Source of the DNA: Mytilus trossulus
Lineage: Eukaryota
Assembly (NCBI RefSeq): GCF_036588685.1
Contig: NC_086375.1
Coordinates: 52,266,001 to 52,330,000, forward strand
DNA length: 64,000 nt
Reading direction: 5' to 3'
The number at the start of each line of letters is the position of its first letter. Positions within the stretch are counted from its first letter, which is position 1. The notes below the pieces were generated by a model that searched no databases, was not told where the DNA came from, and saw only the letters and a list, made by a program, of their open reading frames with translations. Below are positions 13,996 to 26,608 of this stretch, piece after piece. The translations under genes were made by a program, and so were the position numbers.

Positions 13996-16900
13996 CATTT
14001 TAACACTTTAACAAACGCCAAATAAAGTACGAAGTTGAAGAGCAGTGATAAGCCAACTTTCAAACTTATCTTTGTATCTAACAAAGAACTGGATATAGTC
14101 ATGTTTTAGTATGCTCTACCTGACTTAACTTTGCATTAACCAATTTTTTAAGCGTATAGATGACGTGAAACAAACTAGTTTTCATGCCTCTTGTTGGATG
14201 TGCTGTTTTCGTTTTGTTTGAGAATTTACCACACATGATAGTCATGGTCTTCAACACGAAGCCTCGGCTCACACCGAACAGCAAGCTACAAAGGGACCCA
14301 AACATGACTGGTGTAAATCGTTTAATTGGGAAAACTAACAGTCTAATCTATATAACAAACGAGAAACAAGAAACACTTCTGAACCACATAAAAAAAGACA
14401 ACTGTTGAACATCCGATTGCTTACTTAGGACAGATGCAAACAAATGCAGCGGGTTTAAATGCATGTGTTCATTCCTATCTACCCTGTGAGATGCTATTTT
14501 GACTTAGTATATATCATAATAGCTTGGGTATCCCGGCCTTTCTCATTTTTAAACACTTTAAAAAAAAAATATTCTTTACTTAAGGGGTACAATAGTATAC
14601 GGATATGGATTGCATATTGTACATTAATAATAAACGTAAATGTTAGCGGGTGCGAAAATGTAAAAAAAAAAAGGAAAAAAAAAAGACGATTGAAAACCGT
14701 TTCCATTAAGCCTGTATCACATGTGTAAGCGCTTCAGGAAAACTTGTTGATAAACCGTAGGATATTTACGCCAAGGTATTTAGACAAATAAATCAATTTG
14801 ACCTTATGTCAACCATTCTTATGTCAAAGCAAGGTTAAAAAAACAAAAGAACACTGTATAGATATTAGAATAAAGAATTAAAATTAGGGTTAAACTGTCA
14901 CAGCAAGAAGTTTTATAGAGATCATGTAACACAATTGTACATAGTAAAAATGGTATGGCAGGGAAAATATGGAAGACATGCAAAGAAAGTGTCTTTTTTA
15001 TGTTGGGTATACAAATACCCGGCCACGTCCACTTTATGTTTTTGTAAGACATATTTCTATTTGTATCCATCTGATGAGTTGAACATTTTCCCACTGATTT
15101 TTATAGTTCGTTCTTATGTTGTACTGTTACATCACTGCCCCAGGTTATGGGGAGGCTGGGAATTTTTGTGTCATTTGGTCTCTTGTAGAGAGTTGTCTCA
15201 TTGGCTATCATAACACATCTTATTTTGCATATGCAAAGAAAGCTTTTAACGTTAATTTTTATGTTTAAGAACAATAAAAAATTATTAACAACATAATTAT
15301 TACGATTGTTCACACTATCGAGATAATTATAGGGAATAAGACATCTTTCCACCATAGTTCAAATGATGTGGATATCACTATTTTGTAATTCACTGTACGG
15401 CCTTCAACACGAAAAAAAACCCCATGCCGTATATATTAAGACCCCTACAAATATCAATCAAACCAAACAGCCTAATTTATAACAATACTAAATGTAAGAC
15501 TAACATAAATGACAGACACAAACCAACGACAATCAATGATGGACAGGCCCTTCACAGGCACATTCAAAAAGTGGCGGTAAATATTTCATTTTAAAGTTTA
15601 ACTAAAATTTCAAAAAAACATGATGTATAAAGGCAGTAGTTACTATCTTAAATTGAAATAAGTTTACTGTCCGCAAAGAAGAATTTGTCACAAAATCTAT
15701 TGGAACATTTGAAAATAGTCCAAACACAAAGACATTAGACTGATCATTTCTGACGACTCAGATTCACGGATTATGCGAATATAAATCGAGTTTAAATAAA
15801 CAAGAAGAAAAGGGAATCAATGCAGAAAGTTCCAATTTGATTCACATTATACGTGAGATTTTTTTTTCTTGATTTTAAAATTGCATAGTCGACGTTCGAA
15901 CATTTCGAAGTTTCATTTACTGCTGTAATTTATCAAGAAAACAATTTGACATCATAATACCGACTAATTAGGGCTGATATTTGTTATTCTGTTCTCAGCC
16001 ATTAATGATTGGTAAAAGTTAATTTTCATGTCAAATTTTCTTGTGTTATACTGAATTTTCTACTGTCAGTCAGAATTCTACTTCGTCAAAACTATCTTCC
16101 CATTACGCCAGTTCATTTTCACAATCGAAGAAATAGAAGCCATTGTAGGGATGACGCGCTAACAATTTTGCTCCTGGAAACTGATAAATTCATCCACATT
16201 GCACCATTACGATCCTAATATGTCAGTTGTATTTTAAAAGACAAATGTATAAACTAGCTAATGAGCATCGGATAATGATCTTGTCTGCATTGATTCAACT
16301 TAAAACTATTGCCTGATCGGTTGTCTGGTGGAATTTTCGAAAATTCATAAACAATTAAAAAAGATCTAATTAAATATTTCGTGGAAGGGCAGACTAGATT
16401 TTTTAGGGGTTGAAGACTACAAACCCTATATATCACACACAAAAACTATAATTTTTCGAAGATATGCATTTTCATCATCCAACTCGTCAAATACTTTCAG
16501 TAAAAAAAATTAACTATTCGAACACACCTACTCTGTTTTGTGATTCATTAGATAGGTATTTCACTTGACCCATATATTTCATCTTTTAGTACTGTGATTT
16601 TGTTATATTATAAAGTCAACCTGTAGCTTTGATATATAAAAATGATAGAATCTGAAGCGAGACGATGAAATATTCTTGCTTTGTACGATATCAAGACAAA
16701 ATATTCAACTCAAACACGCCCTAACATAAAAAGGTGCACTAGATTTTATCTTTTCGATACAATTGTTACCATTTTTTTTTCTTCCACTGGAAGGGCAGAC
16801 ACGAAAATTACTGAACTAATAGATTTTTATGTTTTCCGTCCGTGGTAATAAAAATCGGAGGTTATTCATTTTCTAGATCCAACTTGAAAGATATCCATGT

Positions 16901-17242
16901 CGTCGACTTGATATCTACTTGTTCTGATCAACTATGTACTAGATAAATCGAAAACTTTAATATGCAAATGGTGTTTTTAAAATAAAAAACTTCGTAATTG
17001 AGAAGAAAATTGTAATTTTGTTTGTTTCTATTAACTTTTTTTTGTCACTATTGTAAACATTTCAGTAAACATGGTCGCCTTATCTTACAAAGAGCTTGGA
17101 TTCTTTTGTTCTATTTCAACCGGGTTTCCGAATGATGTGATGTCACGAGAAAAAGTCCAACATGTCTGATTACGTCGCATACAACGACCCAACTTTCTAC
17201 AAATCGTTATAAAGATAGGATAAAAAGCATTTGAGAAACAGT

Positions 17243-17399
17243 TTCTACCACTATAAATCATGTATTGTGACATTTGTTCACCCTGAACAGTTAAATTTTA
17301 ATTATTTAAAATGCTCGGCAAGCCTCGCGCTATAAACTTTAAAATGTTTCACTGTCTCGAGTTGAGAAATATCGTAGCACACATGCTGGAGTGGTGGAA
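17243..17399. repeat. Decayed ~155-bp palindromic element
   Basis: ttctaccact...catgt...acagttaaatttt / aaaatgtttcactgt...acatg...agtggtggaa around a gctcggcaagcctcgcg centre. Confidence 0.55.
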
Positions 17400-17460
17400 T
17401 TTATATTTCGTGAAGCCTTTAATCATACTAATGGCAGTTATTGTTGATGTCTGAATTACA

Positions 17461-17921
17461 ATAAAATTGAGAATGGAAATGGGGAATGTGTCAAAGAGAC
17501 AACAACCCGACCAAATAAAAAAAAACAACAGCAGAAGGTCACCAACAGGTCTTCAATGTAGCGAGAAATTCCCGCACCCGGAGGCGTCCTTCAGCTGGCC
17601 CCTAAACAACCATATCCTGTAAAAACTTATAATAGCTAACATCGACTTCATTTGAACTTTGGTGGATAAAATTGAGAAATGAAATGGGGAATGTGTCAAA
17701 ACGACAACAGCCCGATCAAAGAGCAGACAACAGCCGAAGGCCACCAATGGGTTTTCAATGAAGCGACAATTCCCGCATCCGTAGGTGTCCTTCAGATGGC
17801 CCCTAAAAAAATATATATACTAGTACAGTGACAATGGACGTCATACTAAACCCTGAATTGTACACAAGAAACTAAAATTAAAAATCATATGTAAGACAAC
17901 AAAGGCCAGAGGCTCCTGACT
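17461..17921 (+). mobile_element. Same unclassified repeat family, duplicated 5' segment
   Basis: ataaaattgagaa(t/a)...aaatggggaatgtgtcaaa at 17461 and 17666. Confidence 0.7.
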
Positions 17922-19158
17922 AGTATCTTATAAGACATCCCTTTGCATTGTTGTTCATGATATTATCTTTCTTATACTTAGGTCATCTCAATTGTCTTTT
18001 TACTTTTTTCAAGGCTTGGCATACATGTATCTGTTAACTAATTAAAAGTTTAATAATTCGTGGGTTAAAAGATAAATTTAACTGGAAGTCTGACTTGTAA
18101 CATGGATGAATGCGGGTGAGATCAAATTAACGTGAATGTATACAATCTTATTAACATAATATTTTCTTTACAAACTTACTATGCGTTTAGATTAATAATA
18201 TTCGTACATATTCATGCAAGACCGAGACATTTTATAACATAACATCTACCTTTAGTGTAATGAAGAATTCATTATGTTGTATTTGTTACAGTGAATCATT
18301 ATAGTATTCAAGAGTTGAGCCAATTTACAATTACTCATAATAATTTATCTTTTTTTTTTAATAAGAACGATTTGATGCTTATGCCCATAAGATATCAACC
18401 AAACGATAAAACACTCATACATCAACTCCCCTGCACCTCCCTCCAAAAAAACCCCAAAACAAACAAAAACGATAGAAAAATGTAAAAACAAACAAGAAGC
18501 ATACACACAAAAGACTTCCATATGACAATTAACAGTATTTAACAATTGACATTTTTCTCTTCAACTCATGAAATCAAGCATGTACATTTACCAAAGATTA
18601 TTTTAAACAAGCCAATAACCACAACTTGATGTTATATCCCATGCTATTATCTTATAGAAAAAGTTTGCTTCCGTCGAAGAAACACAGTGCTTAAGTTATT
18701 TTCGGTATTTTGTTTGTGGATTATTATTTTTTTCAAACTTTCTTCCCTTTGTCAAAACGTTTCCTAACTCCTTCTTTTATCTTTGCCTTTGCATACTTTT
18801 TATCTCTATTTGTAACTTCTCAATTTATTCACAATGATCATTCGTCAGTATGTTCAAATATCGACTATGACAGTGACTTTTTTTTCGTCTATTAACTCCC
18901 ATCCGCCATCGCTGTCTCATAGTGGCATCATCTTCTCGTGCGTTTGATTCCCGACCAAGTCAACCTTTAAAAAACAGTCATCGATCAACCCAGCCATCCA
19001 AAACTGTTTTGTGACTAATATACCTAGTTTTATCTAGGCATGAATTAATAAATACGTATGTTTGAACTTGTTGCGTAGGAAAAGGTAAACAGTTTTATTC
19101 ATTCATAACTTACCTATAAATAGTGCACACCGGTATAAGCGTAGGAAGAACGCTAATT

Positions 19159-19204
19159 TATAATATTAAAACCCGAGTATCGTTTGAAATTTATCACTCA
19201 GTCA
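19159..19204 (+). promoter_or_regulatory. Putative TATA-like box and initiator of EF-hand paralogue 1
   Basis: tataatattaaa about 35 nt before tcagtc. Paralogue 2 has the same layout (tatattaaa at ~23444, cagtc at ~23477). A canonical TATAAA also lies at 19115. Confidence 0.4.
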
Positions 19205-19244
19205 CATAATTTTAGGGAGTAAAGATAACATAACTATTGCAAAC

Positions 19245-22092
19245 ATGTCTCACGGAAAGGAAGATATGAGACAATTTTTCCAAAGACTTGATACTAGTGG
19301 CGAAGGCCAGGTCCAGGTAACAGAACTTAAGGCGGGAATAAAAAGAGAATTTTGCCAGGACCTAAACGATGCAGCAGTTATCGTAAGTTCATTATATATA
19401 TATTTCATTTGGTATAATTCTTATCGACAATCATTGTGCAAGTTTATGTTGGTTGGTTAGCTAGTGTTTAACGTCAGTACCACTCTCAGCAATACGAGCT
19501 TATCGTGACTGTAAGTTTTAATTGGTGGAGTAAATCGAAGTGTGTCTGGAGAGAACATCTACCTGGCAATTCCTGTCAATAAAGATTTGAGTGAAACGCA
19601 TCTGCCACGTATCCAATTTTATGTATCATGTCTCCGCGTAAGCTGTATAAAGGTAAAATCACATGGTAATTGTTTTAAAGTAAATGAAAAAGAAATGTCA
19701 AATACAAGGAAGGTAACTTGACAGACATTAAATCATCGTCAAACATTTAATAGATACACAGGAACAAACTGTTAACAGTAAAAATTATATGAAGTGTAAG
19801 ATAAACATGACATACTATTTATATCGTCATTCGGAGATAATAGTTAATATAACAGAAATCTTCAAAAAAAAAAAGGTTTCGTGCCGATACATGACAATTT
19901 AAACCTTTTCTATATTTTATTCCCCTTTCCTTAACTCTAGTGTGGAGACTTTATTGCATTCATCTTGTCAATCCGTCTCTTCCTCCGTTAATCCGACATA
20001 TACTTCCGTCAAACTTTGCTGAGGTTCCCTCGTACACGATGAATTTCGTATTTGGTCAGAAGCTGCTTGACAGTGATAAGTTGTAGTGCGCAAACACGTG
20101 CATGTATTTAATGCCATATATCTTAACCATTTATTGTTAATGAGTTTGTGCCAATACAAATATTTGTATTGTATTTGTATTTGTCAAAATGTCTACTTCG
20201 TGTTTGCAATTACTTTGAATTTTTCAAATATGTTGAATGAACTTGCATTTAGTCTTAGGTGCATGCTTTTTATTAGTTGTAAGTGGCTTCGAACAAGCTG
20301 TCAGTAACTGCGAGTACACTCAGATCAATAATTTTGTCTTTTTGTTGGGATATACAAGTACCCGGCCACGTCCACTCTGTCTTTTGTTATATGTATTTCT
20401 ATTTGTATTAATCTGATGAGTGAAGCCTTTTTCGACTGATTTTTATAGTTCGTTCTTATGTTGTACTGTCCCAGGTTACAAAAAAAAGTAACGAATTGCG
20501 CCTCCTTTAAAAGTGCAGATAAGATGACAATGGCATTGGTTAGGCGAGACCGGACATCCATCCAATGAATGAAGAGAACATGCAAACGATATTCTTTTAA
20601 ATGATTTGAATATACTTAATAATGATATTACATTACTTTTTCAGAATATGTTCATGGGTCTTGATATGGACGGCGACAATATGATTTCAGAAGACGAATT
20701 TCTTACACAGATGTGTGAAAAAATTGATAGAAAGTAAGCATCTAAATGGTTTACTAATATACGTAGGATATGTACACTTGCTATGGTAATGTTAATGATA
20801 GGGTTCCACTTTTTTTTTAATAAAGAATAAGAAAAATAGATTCAAGTTTTCAATCATTCTACTGCAATAAGGGTATTTACATTGGAGTTAGATATTCAAT
20901 TTTGTTTTTCCTTGAACACGGCATGTGACCTTTGATCAAGATTTATGAAAAACTGCACCATATTTTCTTTTGACGACCAGAAGAATCTCAAAGTACACGT
21001 ATTTCCAAATCCAATGATATGTGATATAGCCGTATACCATTTTTGACGATTAAAATTTCATAAGTCCGACTCTGGTGACCGGCTTACAACATCCTTTTAG
21101 ATATGCACGAATTGTCATTTGTTAATATGTTCACATTCTGATTCATGGAAGATAACATGCAGATAAATTAAGCCTATGGCGTTTACGCTGAAGCAGAGTT
21201 GCATGCAGATAAAATTAACTTAAGAAGTTCACCGTAAGTTAAGACAGTGGGCTGATTCTAGAAAGTAGACACATGTAAGCCTATGGTGTTCACGCTGAAG
21301 CAGATTTGTAAATAAGTTTCAGAAGTTCAAACTTAAACGGTTGGCTGATGATATACAGTAGATATATGTAATGAATATAAAAACATTACATGACAGACTT
21401 AAATGAAATATTGGTTGATCTGGTGAAATTGTAGTTAATTTTTTGGCTTTTGGAAAACAAGAAAATGAATATATAAACCTAGCTTAAACTGAAGTCTCCT
21501 AAAGAAAACTTCCCGAGATTGATTTTGGATGCAAACAATGTCCACAATAAGTAAAGTTTTAATAATGTGCATATACTGCCTATAGTCGTCCCTAAAGTAA
21601 TTGTCTTGCTGTCGGATGGTCGTGTTCATGAAATCGAAACTGTTGTTCTAATAATCATCGCACGAGGTTTATACATCGACAGTAATTTGTTGTGCTTATA
21701 CTATAACAGAAAAAAAAATGTTTTTATTTCTTTCTTAGATACATGTATTATGCTCATTGGTCGGGTTGTTGTCTCTTTAAAATTTCCCCTATTTCCGTTC
21801 TCTATTTTATTTGTATGCTTTTTTTCCAATGTAACGACGAGGAGTTACTGTTCTATCCTAATACAATCGTTTATTGGATTATTTATGTATATCTTTTAGA
21901 CTTGCCTTCACTGAGAAATTTAAACAGATGGATGCCGATGGTAGTGGATTTTTATCAAAGGACGAAATAAAGACAGCTTTACAAGAAATATACCAAGGTG
22001 ACGAAGATGGTATTGATGCAATGTGTAACGATTGTGACAGTAACAATGATGGAAAAATATCATGTGAAGAATTCCTCAAACATATGAAGTAA
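19245..22092 (+). CDS. Calmodulin-like four-EF-hand Ca2+-binding protein, paralogue 1 (139 aa)
   Basis: Exons 19245-19382, 20645-20733, 21900-22092 (GT-AG, phases 0 and 2). EF loops: DTSGEGQVQVTE (degenerate), DMDGDNMISEDE, DADGSGFLSKDE, DSNNDGKISCEE. AATAAA at 22277-22282. Confidence 0.93.
21170..21370. repeat. Imperfect ~108-bp tandem duplication in intron 2 of EF-hand paralogue 1
   Basis: aagcctatggcgtttacgctgaagcaga at 21170 and aagcctatggtgttcacgctgaagcaga at 21277. Confidence 0.75.
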
Positions 22093-22508
22093 ACACCACT
22101 CGTTTCGTTAAAGCTGAACTGTGTATGTAAAAATTAACCTTGCTGCATGGCAAATCACGCCACTGAAAGCACAAAGAAAAAGTCCGTATGCAGTCAGGTC
22201 GTTCTTGATAGTGAACTATAGTTTTTATATGTTTTATAGACTATTATAAACAATGCAAGGCGTTTTATTCATTAAAAATAAAATATATATTTCTATAGCC
22301 TATGAGTTTCGTTTTGTTTTGTAAAATTGATAGACATCTAAAATGGATCAATAGGAAAGGTGGTTGGTTCACTCAGCCTTTACGGGAATGTTGAGTGCTC
22401 TTAAAACCCAAGCAATATGAATATTGCATATGTTGCAAGTCATAAGCGTTATCAGTTGCTTTATCGGACCATAGATGAATTATCACGTTGTGAATGTTTG
22501 ACCTCGAG

Positions 22509-22550
22509 CGTCACTGAAGAGACATTAGTTGTCGAAATGCGCATCTGGTG
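22509..22550 (+). ncRNA. Minimal type I hammerhead ribozyme, family B, intact
   Basis: cgtca-CTGAAGA-gaca(ttagt)tgtc-GAAAT-gcgc-ATC-tggtg; palindromic stem III ATGCGCAT, AUC triplet. Confidence 0.82.
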
Positions 22551-23537
22551 CAGACAAATTGTTACTGTTTATGTTATAACCACCTAGCTTCTATGTTTTT
22601 CCCATATGAATGATAAGATGTGGTATAAATTAATGGTCAATGAGACAACTCTCCATCCAAATCTCAATGTATAAAAAGTGAACAAATATATGTCAAAGTA
22701 CAGCCTTAAACATGGAGACTTCAAAGTTTGATCACACCGAACAGCAAACCATAAAGCCCCCAAAATGACTATATATTGTAGAACAGTTCAATCAGGAAAA
22801 GCAACGGTCTAATCTGTATTAAAAACGAGGAACATTAAGATAATATCAGAGATTCCTTATTTCGTGTTTATTAGATAATTAAATCGAAAGAAATCGACAT
22901 TCTCTATCTTTTATATAGTCATCAGAGGTTTATGACTATCCAATAAAAAACTATATCTCGCCATCACACGAATTAGTATTTTCCTATCTGTTGAGCTTAC
23001 ACTATCAATGTATAATTTGTGTGCGAATCAATATATTGAATGATGTATATAGTAGTAATTCCCACCAGCAATTACTTGTCTGCTTATGTTTTTATATTAT
23101 AACCTTTTACAAATGTAATGAAGAGGATACAATAAGGGATTCGTTAGAGTTAAGACCTTCATAATGACATTAAAAGTTTTAGAAGTGTTAAATGTGATTC
23201 AATTTACTGCTTGACTTGATGACCTGCCCTCATTACTTATTTCTACAAGTAATTTTTACATAAGGTAGGGTATGGTAAACTTTCTCTTTATAGCTGAAGG
23301 ATGGATATTTTATGAATGAATGGTCTTAATACGTTGTACACCTTTATAGTAAAATCATTGTTAAAATATTTATCACGTGACGTGAACAATAGCCCCAGGA
23401 CACAGTAAAAGTTAAATCATTTATCGTGGGATAAGTATTTGAATATATTAAAGAAACCGGTTGTCATCAGCTAACGCAGTCAAACACTATATTTATTACA
23501 TACAAGTTGGAAGAGGACGTCTGCTAAAGTTAACAAA

Positions 23538-26055
23538 ATGTCTCACAGCGTAGAAGATATGACTGCACTCTATGATGAATACGACAAAAATGGAGATGGA
23601 AAAGTTTCTGTTCATGAATTGAAAGCTGGAATAAAAGCCAAATTTTGCGCAGATGTTGACGACAAAAAAGTTGTGGTAAGTGTTGGCCTATTCAATTTGA
23701 TTTTTCAAACACTTGGGAATAAAAAAAAAATGTTTTCTGTTTCATTCGTGTAAGAATGATTTTGATCTAATTTATTTAAATCGGGCTAGGCAAACTTGTT
23801 TTCTTGTTCACAAATGACTTAAAATAATATTGGGGCATTACAGATTTTATTTTGGAAAATTAAGAATTTAAGTTCATTGGGTCTTCATTGAATATAAGAA
23901 ATTTATTTAAGAATAAATCAACTCAAAACTATGGCTTAAACTTAATTTTTTTTTAGAGAAGTTAGTTTTAGGCCCTTTTGGGAATCACATGTTGTGTATT
24001 ATGTACTTTTGTTTGTCTGATGTAGCAAACTAATTGGCGTTTGTTCACGCAGCTACTGCGACTGAGCTCTATTTTGACATCTAAATGTAACCGATACTTT
24101 GTGACTTTTGTCTGGCGCAATCTTTACTTCATATTGAGTTGGTAAATAGAGCATTAAGAATCTGTGGGTGTTTAAAATGTTACGTATACCATTGAATAAA
24201 ATCGATGGTCAATAGAAATTACTCTGTTTATTTTGGACAGGGGTTTAAACCTTTTGAACCTGTTGTAGATATAAATCTCGTATTAAATTCGCAATGTAAA
24301 AAATACTATAATCATCTTGAATTTAATTGAATTTAAAATGAAGAAGAAGCGTTTTATCTTGTCAAAGGATTGAAGAAGATTTGTATCGTTTATTTAGGAC
24401 AAGAGTAACAAGAGTAACACGTCTTGCGAAATGAATGTTAATCTTTATTTTTATATATGCAAAAGAAATTGAGAAAAAAAAACCAGTGGACATCCATTTC
24501 TCATTTTTCTGTTAAAACGAAATACCGCGAGTACTTGTATGTTAGTTGTTGTAAGCCGTTGACGATTTGTATCTTGTATATTGATCATTTGATGTTTTTA
24601 ATTTTGGGAAATGTTTCCGTTCTACTTCACTGGTTTATATTTAAATATTACCAATCTATTTGTAGGCTATATTTCAAGGTTTAGACATGGATGGTGACAA
24701 CTGTATAACAAAAAATGAATTCCTTGATCAGATGTGTAGTAAAATTTCCCGGAGGTAAGACCGACATGTCCAACATTAAGATTTTATCTTTATCATTAAT
24801 CTTGACAAATTTTCGTGATTCAAAATATCATCTTTCCTTTGGAGTCTGACAATGATTTACGTGTCAAAAACATGTATCTTTAATCTGTTAAATTGATTCA
24901 AAGGTTGTTTCAAAAAGCGTCACTGCAAAGGTTGAAAATCATAAAAAAAATTAAAAAAACAAACACAAACAAACAAAAGAAACAGGAACAGAACTGAAAA
25001 AAACACCGAATTCTAATTTTTGCACCAAGAATTATCAACCCCAAATTTTAGAACAGTTATACAATGGTATGTTCCAAAAAAGAGAGAAAAGACAAACTAA
25101 GCTAGTACCAAATTATTTTTTGTATTACCTTTCACATTATTTATTTTACCTGATCAAGGTGAAGGTGCGTTCGAAGCTCTGCTGGTGTGGTAATTTATTA
25201 AAAAAAGACGCCGAAAAATCAGCTAAAATTATTTATAGTGGTTTGTTACGTGTATAAGACGAGTTTAGCCATTTAAATGTCCACACTTCTCTCTTTACGT
25301 ATAGAAAGATCAAAGATAAATTAATGACTGTTCAAACTGTGTTGTAACTCGGTCTGCATCAAAATGTTACGCAGGAAATCTTAAGTTACATTGGTTGTAA
25401 AGAGGCAATATTTTCAATGCAATCATTTTACTTAATTGGTGATGAACGGATAAGAAAAAATGTCATTACTTTTTATAAGTACTACATATAAAATACCGAA
25501 CATAGAATGATCATATTGAGAAATTAGTTCAGATTTTTACTTCAAAATTCGCCGATTTTAACATTTAAGTGAAAGGAATTGCCATTTATTTAGCACTTGT
25601 AAAATTAACCTGGATAATAAATGTAAGACAATAGACCTATGGAACGAACTGGTGGTTTGAACAATTTTATCGACTCAGAACTCCCATTCGGTGCAGTGTT
25701 TTTTTACGGCCTATGCACTCGAAGTTTATCAATCAGCCCATATTAGGATTTCTATATTAAGAAAACAATTGACTAAAAGTAAAAGTTTCAAGATGCAATA
25801 TTGTAATACCCAAAATATGTCCTTTTACGTGCAGCAATCTTTTAGTAAAACAAATTTACCTGTTATTTCAGAGTTGGATTCAGCAAGCAGTTCCAACAGT
25901 TAGACACAGATAACAGTGGATACCTCACAGTTGAGGAGGTTAAACCATTGTTACAAAACGATTACGACGATGGAAAAATTGCACAAATGTTCAAGGATGT
26001 TGATGCTGATAGCAATGGCAAAGTCTCATGTGAAGAATTCCTTAAACTTATGTAA
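23538..26055 (+). CDS. Calmodulin-like four-EF-hand Ca2+-binding protein, paralogue 2 (136 aa)
   Basis: Exons 23538-23675, 24666-24754, 25872-26055. Exon 1 and 2 lengths (138, 89 nt) and intron phases match paralogue 1. EF loops: DKNGDGKVSVHE, DMDGDNCITKNE, DTDNSGYLTVEE, DADSNGKVSCEE. Confidence 0.93.
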
Positions 26056-26538
26056 AATTTTCATTGAACAATATGACCTTTTTTTACACATATATTTATT
26101 TCATCTTGCCATGTTAGATGTCTTTTTTACTTTTCGAAATGTTTTTCTTCATTTTCTTAGTATTATCTAAAGATTATCCTCTGTAGACATCACTTGATAA
26201 TTAATTTAGACTTTTTTGATAGACTTTTGTAAACTTTTATAATATGTCTTACTTTAGGTGGCATGCTGTAATGAGACCAACTTGCGATGAATTTACCTGT
26301 TAATTTAGAGAAGGAAAAGACACGTTTGGTTATTGTTTTGGAAACATTGATATCAAATACAAACAAATATTAAGATTGTGATAAATACTCAAAAATACTT
26401 TCTATACATCAATGCAATATGAGCTTTTATAGTATTCACAATTTACATTATATTATATTATATATTACATTTTATTAAACTAACAAAATATAAAACATTT
26501 CGAGTTTGCTGATTGTATACAAATAAATGGCACGTTCT

Positions 26539-26608
26539 AAATAAACTCATCATAGATACCAGGACTAAATTCTGCATATACGCCAGACGCGCGTTTCGTC
26601 TACATAAG
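26539..26608 (-). mobile_element. 5'-truncated retrozyme A fragment
   Basis: Has GACGAAACGCGCGTCTGGCG...GATGAGTTTATTTA but lacks CTGATGA. Similar fragments at ~11990-12060, 29700-29765, 36350-36392, 47045-47095. Confidence 0.7.

Noticed and set aside
19945-20159. Antisense 63-aa ORF followed by AATAAA in intron 1 of EF-hand gene 1
   Set aside because: No convincing acceptor or domain; may be a decayed transposon fragment.
20240-20480. CTGATGA in the repeat shared with 14990-15150 as a third hammerhead
   Set aside because: No stem II followed by GAAA, so the catalytic core is incomplete.
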